NCBI GenBank assembly: GCA_000708835.1
Contig: DF237107.1
Span: 101,479 to 165,478 of the forward strand
Length of the DNA: 64,000 nucleotides
Source of the DNA: Klebsormidium nitens
Lineage: Eukaryota; Plantae; Klebsormidiophyceae
Reading direction: 5' to 3'
How positions within the stretch are numbered: the stretch's first letter is position 1; every line of letters starts with the position of its first letter. Shown here one piece after another: positions 1 through 10,054 of the stretch. The notes under the pieces are model-generated. The model was not told the origin of the DNA and made no database searches. It worked only from the letters and a program-made list of their open reading frames with translations. Both the position numbers and the translations under genes were made by a program.

Positions 1-489
1 GCTGAAGGCTGAAATCTGAAAGACGCTCTCCCGCAACGAGCCGTTGCAACTGCAATTTGCCTTCCAGATTCCACGCAATTCCTGGAGTGCAGACCAGCCA
101 GACCTGTTCATTCCGCACGTCAGGCAATTGGCAAAATGTCTCTAAATATATTCGCTTGATATTGGCAGCATTTTGAGTGGCTTCTTCATCGTTACATACT
201 TTTTGAAGACACAGCCAGTGTCGATCCAGTCACAATGATCGTTAAATTGGCCTAGGGTCAGTTTGTCATAAGCGCTTGAGAAAGCCGCTTTGCTTCCAGA
301 GGTTCGTGACATCGATACGCTGGCCCAGGTGGGCGCACACTTGATAAGTTCGAAGGCGAACCACCTTCATAAGTTCATTGTCAAGGCTTGAGTTGCGTAC
401 AGCCTTTCAACTTCAAGACGCCTTCGCTTGCTTGGGTGGAGTACATAAGATTTTATGGGGGCCACGTTCCTACCAGGCCAACATAGAAC

Positions 490-3400
490 ATGGAGCTGAC
501 AACTGCACGGACTTCGCTCCCTGGTTCCTGGCATGTTCGCAATGCTGGTTTTACGCAGCGATCCACTGCCCATTGCTTACTTTCGCATCACTGCTTTGAA
601 GGTGACAAGCAGCTCTGGAGACGAGCGCTCCAAAGAGTTTCAGTCGCACAGAAGTCTTGCTATTCTGGTCACTGGCTGGAGTCAAGCACGCAGTGTACAC
701 ATCCTTCAGTGCAAGTAAGGGATGCACTTTGTACCACCAGGACCAAGCGCCCCTTTCTGAGCAGCGCCAGGGAGAGCTTCAGAAGAACCTCCGCACGAGC
801 TTCTGGAGAAGCAGTAATCCCATCATCAAGCTCCGAGCTCCAGAGCGCTGAAAACCCTGAGACTCTGAAGCCTTCTCCCTTATTGGAGAATGATCCTAAC
901 AATCGGACTGCAGCCGAAGAAGCGCTGGAGATGCTTGAGTGGGACAGGATCTGCAGCACGGTTGCGACATTTGCGTCAACTTCTTCCGGTCAGCAGCTGG
1001 CGGGAGTGTTGCTTCTCCCAGACACTCAGGAGGGCAGCGAGGCGCTACTCGGAGAGACGGCGGCGGCGCTGACTTTGGACGCGAGCGCGAGTGGGGACTG
1101 TCTGGACTTTGGACGGATTGGCACCAAGGCGGCTGACTATGGCCTTTATAAGGCTCGAAAGGGCGTGCCGATGTCAGGTGAGGGGATTGGACTCTTGGCC
1201 ACCAAGCGTAAGCCCTTCATGGGGCTGCTTGATAAGCCAGGAGTGGTGGTACTAGATAAGGACAAGTCTTGCTTAAAAAGTCCAGGTGAGGTGCCTAGTT
1301 CTTAGCACCTGGTCAGAAGTTTTGGATGCACGTTTGCTTTTATTTGACTCTGAACATTGGGGAGGATGCTGATGAGACAATGTGCCGGTGATGAGTGGGT
1401 AAAAGTTCTTGTGTGTGGACATCTCGGTATTGAAAGGCGGGTTTTCAGCATGCATGCATTAAGTTCAATGAAACCTGACAGCTTGGAGCTTGTCGCTGTC
1501 GCTTACTTTATAGACCACTGAGATGAGAAGGGGTCAGGAAGCTCTCAAAGTATCAGAGACTTTTCCTGCTACCCCCCATTGCTCAACTCCCTTTCTGGCA
1601 AGGAGTTGGTTACTAGGCGGAAGAGGGAAGGTATCTTTCAAAGGCGGTCTACCACTTGCTGCAACCTAGACCGTCCTTTCTAAATCTTGTTTGTTCTTTC
1701 ATCTTCGCTCTCATACCACTCCCCAGATCAAATGCTCCTCCTTTTCGGAGCAGGTTGTCAAACATTTCCAGAATGTTGAACCTCCAGACATAAGAAGAGG
1801 CATCTCATCACTATACTATGCAAACATCTTCCTTATTTCTGTATCTGCAATCTGGAAATGTTTCTCCGCGCACTCCTTGCAGGTCGGGAGTTGCGCCTCA
1901 CTGCAGCAGTCCTCTCCGCCTCTGACCGCCTCCTCCGGGGGGTCACGAGCGCAATCCGCCTGGAAGAACGCGACTTAGCCCTTCGGCGGGCCCCCTCGGG
2001 ATGGGGAGATTTCTCCGAGCCCCCCCCTCCCCCGGCCCCTTCCCTCCAACCTCTTATGATCCTCGTGCAAGCGATCATGCCGCACCCAGAGATCGTGAAA
2101 GCGATCGACAACGTGGTCGATGAGATGGGGGAAATCAAAGATTCTGCGAGCGCAGAATTGAGGAAAGCGCGCCAGCAGGTTCAGTCGGCGGAGGAGCGAT
2201 TGAAAGAGCTTCTGGGGGGGTTCTCGGATCGGGGGGGGAAGGTCGTGGTCCAGAACGACCGGATGTGTCTGGCGATCAACTCGGCGTTCCGGGAGACAGT
2301 CCCCGGGCTGTTGATTGGTTCGGGGGGTGACGGGAGCCTGTTCGTGGAGCCCCCCGCCGCGGTGGCGCTCAACAATAAGCTCGCGGAGGCGAGGCGGGCG
2401 GCGACCGCGGCTGAGGATGCGGTCAGGAAGGCGATAACCGAGCGGTTGACCCCGTGGTTAGACGACATAACCGCGGCGATGGGGATTTTGGTGAAGGTGG
2501 ACGTGATTGCGGCGAGGGCCAGGTGTGCTCGGTGGCTGAAGGCAGCGAAACCGACTTTCGTGAAGATTGTCGAAGAGAAGAAGGAGGTCGTGAGGGAAAA
2601 GGTGAAACGGCCGGAAGAGAACAAGTACGCTAGTCTGGCTGACAAGACCCCTGAGGAAGAAACCGTTTCTGAGGATGAAGAGGCTGCAGTAAGTACTGCG
2701 GGGTGGGGCGTCACCGAGAGCGATACCGGGAGCAGCGATGACGAGAGCGCGTCGGATGAAGACGAGAGCCCCGAGGGGGATCCCCCTAAGAAGCGCATCT
2801 TCTCAGAGAGTCCCGAATTTCTCGTCCGGCTAGAGAAGGCGCGCCACCCGCTGCTCGTACTGCAGCACCAAGACGCGCTCAAAAAGGCGAAGCAGAAAGT
2901 CAAGTCGCGCGCCGCGGCGCTGAAGCGCGCGAAGCAGCGGGGCATGTTTGGTGTCGGCCGCGCCGTCTCGCTCGAGTCTCTCGAAGCCTCCCTCCGATCC
3001 GCCGAGCAAGAAGAAAGCGAACTCGCGGCGTCACCCCCGATCCCGATCGACGTATTGATCCGGTCCGAGACGCGAGTCGTCGCAATTACGGGGCCGAACA
3101 CGGGCGGCAAAACGGCGGCAATCAAAACGCTCGGGTTGGCGGCGCTTATGGCGAAAGCGGGGCTGTTCGTGCCGGCGAGCGAGCCGGTTCTGCTGCCGTG
3201 GTTCGACTCGGTGTTGTGCGACATTGGGGATGACCAGTCGCTGGTGCAGAGCTTGTCGACGTTCTCGGGGCACCTTCGCAGGATCAAGGTATGTCTTCTT
3301 GCTTTGCTGTGTCAGTCTCTTTACGAACTCGACTTCATCTTGGACTTTGAGGGGGATTTCATGTCGGTCGACAAGTGAGCCTCCCCTTGACAAGTGGGCC

Positions 3401-6400
3401 TCTCCTTAGTAGGTAGGTATATTAGGCCAAATGAGGAACCTGCGTCCTGCTCACAAACGGCAGAGGAACATCTTCTTCCAGATTGATCTGAGGACCGACG
3501 TTCAAACCTGAGGTTCGCCTTCCTATTCCTGAAGGCCGAACGAACGGCCCTCCACGGCCCCTTCCGCAGTACTCGCAAGGTCTCCTTGCAGGCTACAGAA
3601 AGCACTTTCATTTTCTTATCCACTGTCGCATCTTCGTGCTGCAGCGCATCAAGGCCGAGTCCACTGCGCGCTTCTTGGTCTTCCTCGACTAGATTCGCCA
3701 TCTGGACGGCCCCTGTACGGCCCTTTCCGCTGCAGCCTCGGGGTTCCTTTGAATTTCCAAAGTGCTCGACTTTCATTACTCACTTACTGGCGTTTCCGTC
3801 CTGCAGCGCATTAAGGCCGAATCTACCGCGCGCTCTCTGGTCCTCCTCGACGAGGTGGGCGGGGGGACGGACCCGACAGAGGGCGCTGCCCTGGGCATGG
3901 CCCTCCTGCAGGTAAGTTTCACAATTAAGAATAGGTAAAGCGGCAGAGTTGATAAGCTAACCACTTTAGGGGAAGGGTGGGGTTGATCTGGTAGTTCAGG
4001 GTGGGTACGGGTGCGGAGCAGGTAAAGTCTTGCGTTACCGTTTCGTCGTAGTTTAGCATATGTGTTTCGAAGCTTATCATAGGTACTTCCGAGCAAAGTG
4101 CCACCTTCCATGGTAAACTCATTGTACATTAGTCAGCCTGCTGATGAGTAGAATCAACATACATTAGTTGACATGTAATCTGGCAAGTTGCTCGGAAGAT
4201 GCTTTGTTGCTAAGTTCCACTGTCATTCCTTGCAGTCCTTCGCCGAGCAGCGCCCCGGGGGATCCCTCCTGACTCTCGCTACGACCCACCACGGGGAGCT
4301 GAAGACGCTCAAGTACTCGGACCCGCGCTTCGAGAACGCGTGCGTCGAGTTCGACGAGGCGCGGCTGGCGCCCACGTTCCGGCTGCTCTGGGGGATCCCC
4401 GGTGAGTGGTGGGAGGCGATCGTGAATTGTGTAGATTGATTGGACGGCTTGTGGCAGAGTTCTGGGAGAGTGAAGCTGCTACAGTTCCGGAATGGCTCGA
4501 AGCGTCTGGTGCGGATGAGACATTGCCAAAGTGCACATTCGGACCGTCCGGAGGCTCCGTTTGTTCATCTGTATGGTCCAGTCGTGCGGTCGGCTTCAGT
4601 CAGGTGGCTACATTCGACTGAACGTACCGCAATGCTCACTTGAAAGGGCTGCTTGGCATCTGCATCCGATGCGTGTGCCGGCCCCCGTGATATGCATCCG
4701 TCACGCTCTTCTGCAATCTGCGTTCGTGCAGATTGACCGCCTGCTTTGCCCAATCGTGCCTTGGTCGTGTTGCGGGGCCTTTGTAAGTCGGCTGGCGTCA
4801 TCCCGTTCAGGCCGATTGGTTGCGCGCTTCTCGTCTGAACTGCTCCGTCTAACCATCAGCTCCTCACTTGCTTCTCGTCAGCTTCTCACTCTGCTGACAT
4901 CGTATCCAACAGGCCGATCGAACGCGCTGAACATCGCGGAGCGGTTGGGTTTGGACGGGCGCATCATTAGCGAGGCGCGGAACCTGCATGGGGAGGCGAA
5001 TCTGGAGGCCAGCGAAGTGAGCTGGCGGCTCTTTTCCTTTCCTTCCATTGGTTTAGTACTTCACTTTCGGGTCGGAAGGGGTTATGAGGGCGTTTGTCTC
5101 GAGCCTATTTAATACAGGGTCAATATGTTGCAGCGCCAGTCTGCGATGCATCAGGTGCGAACTTTGCGCATTTCGACGATACACTGGTATCCGTGCCTGT
5201 TCAGAACGTATCGAACATTCTGTCGAAAACACATGTTGTCCCTGCGTTGAAGGGCCCGAGTGGCTGTTGAAGACCAGCGTCGGCTACTGCGGTGCTCTCG
5301 ATGTTCAACGCCGACTTCGATTTCACCCTGCAAGCGTGATGCGTAGTTGCAACAAGTCAGCTTTCAGCATACGAGTTGATATTCAGCGCCAAAGCGCCAA
5401 TGCAACCACCTAAAGGAGCTAGTGGCGTCAGGTCATCCCGTCGGTGTGATATTTGTCAATGAGCGGTGGAATCTGTCAATGAGCGGTGGGAGGGCGAACA
5501 CGAAGGCCTTGTCAATGTTTGTTTTGATTCCCCTAAGCTCCAGGAGCCCTACTGTGCCTTCAAGAACCTGGGCACTTGTGACGCTGTTGGCCTTTACGAG
5601 TCTCCAGAAGCAGATACGCAGAGGGGGGCAAAGAGAGTTCCGAAACTTTGCCATTGGTCGATATTGATGTATCTGAGAGTCTGTGCCATATGATATTTTT
5701 CGATGTTACTGTCGTCCAGCACTAGTCATGACTAAAGTTCATCCCGTGCAGGCGATCTTGGACCTGGAGCGGCAGCGCAAAGCGTACGCTGAGGCCGTTG
5801 ACGAGTCGGAGCGGCTCCTCAAGGAGGCGCGCCGCATGCAGCGGCAGCTCCTGGCGGTCGACAGGAGGCTCAAACAGCATCAGGTAACCGCGCTTTTGTG
5901 GTCCATGATTACGCTGAGACCGGCATCCACGGTTGAAATTTTGCTTCCAATCAATGCTTTTCAGGCCTTCTCGAAGTTCACCCCTCCAAGCAGTTGAGCA
6001 AAGGTGCAACGTTCCGCCAGAGAAGGGGGCATTCCCCCTTGTGCTGACTGTGATAAATCGCTTCTACGCCTGCTAATTATCAAGAGAACCAACAGCCATG
6101 TCCTGGACGTCAGCAGAGTCAACAGGATGGAGCGCTGGTAGCTGGACAACTTTGCTGATGTGTGTGCTGCAAGAGGCATCGCACCTGTCGCTCTCTTTCC
6201 GAGGATCCAACGTTCCCCGTTTTGCATCTGAGTTGCTTTCGACTTCTCAGCCGCTTCCCATGAGACGTAGTTTATTCTAGTTTTGGGCAATGTCCACTCA
6301 TGCTTAGACTGGTGCTCCTTGCGAGCTTAGGGAGTCGACTTGTTATCCTCCAGTCTGCGTGCAGTACCCTGATAGTCAAGAAAGTTTGTGCTCAACCCCG

Positions 6401-7623
6401 CTCTTGCAACGCCGTCGGTTCCTTTGACAGCGAGCATTTCTTGCTTCCGAGCCTTGTCATAATTTGAGCCTTCTCATCTTGACTCTAAGGGAGCTTTCTA
6501 CTTGAGAGCCTGTGTGACCTTTCTTTGTTTAACACCTGAATGAGCCTTCTGAGTTCGAGTATGATTGAGCCTTTCTGAACCCCCAATGTTCCGGTTTCCG
6601 CAGGGTCCGCTGCTCCTGAAGCAGGCGACCGAGGTGGAGGCCGCGGCGCAGCAGGCGCGCGAGCAGGTGACGCACCTGCAGAACGTGCTGAGGGGACACG
6701 TGGCGGCCCGTGAGCGGCGGCGTAGGGAGGAGCGCGAGCGGCGCGCGCTGGACGAGGCGATGCGGTTGGAGGAGGAACGGATGAGAGAGGAGAGGATGCG
6801 AGAAGCGGCGATGAGCGGAAACGTGTTTGGTGCTCTGGCGGGATTGAAAGTGGGGACGGAAGACGGGGGGGTGAGGCGGAGAGACGAAGGTGGGAGGGCG
6901 GAAAACGGACGAGCGGAACGGGAGGAGAAGAAGGAACGGAAAGGGGTGGGAGCGAGCGCGGAAGAGGGGCGTGCGACAAGCGGAGCTAAGGCGGGGCCGA
7001 GCGGGAATCCGTTCGGCGCGTTGAGAGATAAGCTGGAGGAGAAGAAATCGAGGGAGGGGATGGGGCAAGCGAAGCCGGGAAGTGAACTTGAGGGTCTGGA
7101 GGCCAGAAAGTACGGGGAAGCTGAGAGCTCCGACGACGAGGAGTTGGACCGGTATGTGGAGGAGCTGGTGAGTGCTTACAAGGACGACGGCGACGTTACC
7201 GGGGGAGAGGGCCGCCCCTTTGGGTTGGGGTTGGGAGGAAATTCGGCGGGGCAGCCTGCAAGTCTTGCTACTGCTCAGGTGATCAGGACGGGGCGCGGGG
7301 TGAAAAGATTGGGCGCTCGGATGAAGAAGCGGCCCAATGAGGTTGTGGTTCCGCCCGCGGCAAGTTTAAAGCGGCAGCCGGAGACCCCCTCGATAGAGGA
7401 GAAAGGTGCTCCTCCGGCAACCGACAGTGTCGGTGTTGAGTCCGGGATGGAAGAGAAGTCGAAAACGTCGGGAGCAAATGGCAACAGCACAAATGGGTTT
7501 GTTGAGGAGCGCCAGCCTGCACCTGCGCCCAAGGAAAGCAGCAAGGCGACTGCTAGAAAAGAAAAGGGGCTGTCCGGGTGGAAGGGGCAGCTTGCACAAC
7601 TCAAGGACTTGCAAAGACGTTGA
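490..7623 (+). CDS. MUTS2: MutS2-family ATPase (plant MUTS2B-like) with predicted organellar transit peptide; join(490..1177,1883..3288,3807..3911,4236..4401,4913..5016,5752..5883,6604..7623), ~1206 aa
   Basis: Motifs LEWDRIC, ARHPLL, Walker A ITGPNTGGKT, STFSGHL, Walker B LLDEVGGGTDPTEG, TTHHGELK and GIPG|RSNAL (spanning exons 4/5). All junctions are GT-AG and the frame is continuous. Ser/Thr/Arg-rich N-terminus. No Smr domain recognised. Confidence 0.9.
3645..3735 (+). pseudogene. Decayed intronic duplicate of MutS2 exon 3 with intact AG acceptor and in-frame TAG
   Basis: ctgcag|CGC ATC AAG GCC GAG TCC ACT GCG CGC TTC TTG GTC TTC CTC GAC TAG (RIKAESTARFLVFLD*) versus real exon 3 RIKAESTARSLVLLDE at 3807. 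Weaker similarity continues to ctgcag at 3735, which has no GT donor. Confidence 0.85.
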
Positions 7624-8503
7624 TGCACCGTTCAGCAGGCACCTTGGGTTGAGCGATCGCCCCTTGCTTACTTAGCTTCTTGGTGTCACATGGGTACAAG
7701 CTCTCCTCATCCTTTCCTACAAGGAATTACGAAGCTGGTTCCACCTCGTTTGTCAAATCATTGGTGGACGTGTATTTGGCTTGTGCCAGTGCTTGTGGCC
7801 GTACCCATCAGATTTACACATGCAATTTGTATGCATACGACAGTGGACGGTGCCCTAAGTACGTGACTTGTTGGATTTACAAAGGTATGATCGCATCCAA
7901 AAACAATTGCTTGCAAATGATGCCCAACGCGAATGAACAAGATCGAGATTGGGACAGGCTCTTCGCTCATTCAAAAAATATTTCAGAGGTCTTCAGCTTT
8001 CAGGCGAGCGAAAGACAATAGCCTCGCTAACGAAATGCGGGGTGCACGATGAGCCCGAAGCAGTTGATCATCCAATCAGGAGTCTGGGCTCTCATGACAC
8101 GGACATGATCCGTGTACCTCAAGAGTAGCCTAGGTGACGACGCCCACGTGTTTTTCTATCAAGCATCATGGCACGATGAAGCAACCAACCTAGAGGGAAG
8201 TTACAGTATGGGAGTCTAAATTTCTAGACTTATGGACTCAACAAAGACGGTTAATGCGGGAGGATTTGGGGGCATGGAAGTCTTGAAGCCCGGGCTGTTC
8301 GGACTTACACAAGCAACACACCATTGGTTGCTTTGATGCTTTGAGCTTGTATTATCAAAAATTGCATTATCAAAAAGCCCATCCGAATCAAATTAAGGAG
8401 AAACGTTCCCACGGGCCACGAACGTGACTTGTGAACCCCCAAAATTTTACCTCGGCCCTCGAGCAAAAAACGGACCAGAAATCGCCGGCAAACAACAAGG
8501 GGC

Positions 8504-8508
8504 AAAAA
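8504..8508 (-). terminator. RNA polymerase III terminator (T5) of tRNA-Lys
   Basis: TTTTT on the minus strand begins 4 nt past the discriminator base; a second T6 run lies at 8465..8470. Confidence 0.75.
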
Positions 8509-8511
8509 TCG

Positions 8512-8617
8512 CGCCGGAGGAGGGGCTCGAACCCTCGACCACAAGGTGTGCTACGGACCCTCGTATGAGCGAAACGTCGCTAAGAGCCTTGCGCTCTACC
8601 AACTGAGCTACCCCGGC
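8512..8617 (-). tRNA. tRNA-Lys-CTT: tRNA-Lys(CTT) with 33-nt intron at canonical 37/38 position (intron 8548..8580)
   Basis: Minus strand reads GCCGGGG TA GCTCAGTTGGTAGAGC G CAAGG CTCTTA [intron] A CCTTG TGGTC GAGGG TTCGAGC CCCTC CTCCGGC G. All four stems pair and the mature length is 73 nt. The anticodon arm matches plant Lys(CUU). Confidence 0.95.
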
Positions 8618-10054
8618 AACAGATGGTGGTCGAGTTGCACTCTCAATATACAATATGTACTGTACAATATTTCCATCATATGCAATTTCCTACTTGCATT
8701 AAATGCAGGATTGTTGGACGAAAACAATGATTGGACAACTTGCATACCGTAGCCGGAAGAACCGCGAGATGACTCAGATGAGTGCCCATGTGAGTCAGGA
8801 CTCAGCACTCAATCAGGAGTCATGGAACGAGTCGTGGACTCCTCGTGCAACAACGTCACGTCGAGAGTCGAGACCGCAAGAACCGCTTCGGTGTTCGCTT
8901 ATAGCGGAGCAAGTTGCAAACCCAGCCTCTTGAGTGGCTGTCAAAGCAAGCCTCCAATATCCTCCTATACGCTTCCTAGCCGGAAAACTCGGAGGGAATT
9001 CATCCTTGGGGGTTGACCCGGGTTGAAGCCTGAGTTCCACTCCATACGGCTGGACGCCGCTGGAGTCATGCAGTTGAAGGGTACGTCTCGCAAGATGTGA
9101 CACTGGCAGTGGCAGAGCAACCCGCTAGACGATTTGCTGCATGATGAGTCCGCATTGACCATTTTATGCAGGAGGCAGGCCCCGGACTGCCCGTGGACTG
9201 GCAGGTCCGATTCTATGTACAGTGTCCTGGTTCCCACCAGGCAGCTAGAACAACTAGCGGTTTGCTCGGGAGTAGAGCTGGGTACTTTGGAGATGCATGC
9301 AGCTTCACAGTTCACTGCTTTACACTGATGCGGGATGCAAAGAACTCCCCAACAATAATTGCAATCCGGAGTCAGCTGCCTGCAATGTCCGAGGCTGTAT
9401 GACAGGCGTGCCATTGAGTGACAGTGAAGCCAGGGATTGACGAGCTTTCGTGGCAGAAAAGTCAGGGGTCGTACAATTGGCCAGCAAGTCTCCATCATTC
9501 GCGAGGGAACAGCGGTATCATCCTTCCGACATGTCTGTTGCAGATTCATAAGCATAGACCTTCGCAGTTAGCTTTTTCAGCTTGCGTGCTTGATCTGTTC
9601 CTGGAATCAACAAGTCTTCATTGTCTGAAGCGGCAGTATACAGACGGCTCTGCACTTTTATCTTTTAAGGCCAGCTCGAAAGAAGACACAAGAAGCTGGT
9701 GAGCTGGTGAAAATTGCGAGTTTGCTCAACCTGAGCTGTCCATTATGGTGCACTGTACACTTCTACATCTCATTTTGCAACAAGCTCATTGTGCAATGCA
9801 CGAGGCGACTGCCTCATCAAGCGATTGAAGGAAGTCCTCACATCGACAGGGTGAAATTGGAAGCCTCCTACTCAAGGACAAACTTTCCAGACTTCCGTAT
9901 CTGTGATGCCAATATACGTTTGGAAGCTGCATAGGTCACAAGAAGCAGCTAGCTCAAAAAGATGTGGAAGCAACACGTGTCTTGAATCACCATAATGATG
10001 GCAGAGAACAGTCTGATGATGTGGTGTGCTTTTCCTGGCTGCTCAGCATGTGGA

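Noticed and set aside
2181-3287. 368-aa minus-strand ORF (also 6529..7068 and similar long antisense ORFs)
   Set aside because: These are antisense shadows of GC-rich MutS2 exons, with no domain motifs or splice logic.
4808-4830. cag|GCCGATTGGTTGCGCGCT resembling the start of MutS2 exon 5
   Set aside because: The match is too short to distinguish from chance, so it was not counted among the duplications.
6445-6580. About six GAGCCTT-like words in MutS2 intron 6
   Set aside because: Irregular spacing and variable spacers without a conserved long repeat; this is low-complexity intron sequence, not a CRISPR-like array.
8097-8133. Hairpin ACACGGA-catga-TCCGTGT followed by CTAG, resembling a Helitron 3' end
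   Set aside because: CTAG is followed by G rather than T, and no 5' TC end or second copy was seen.
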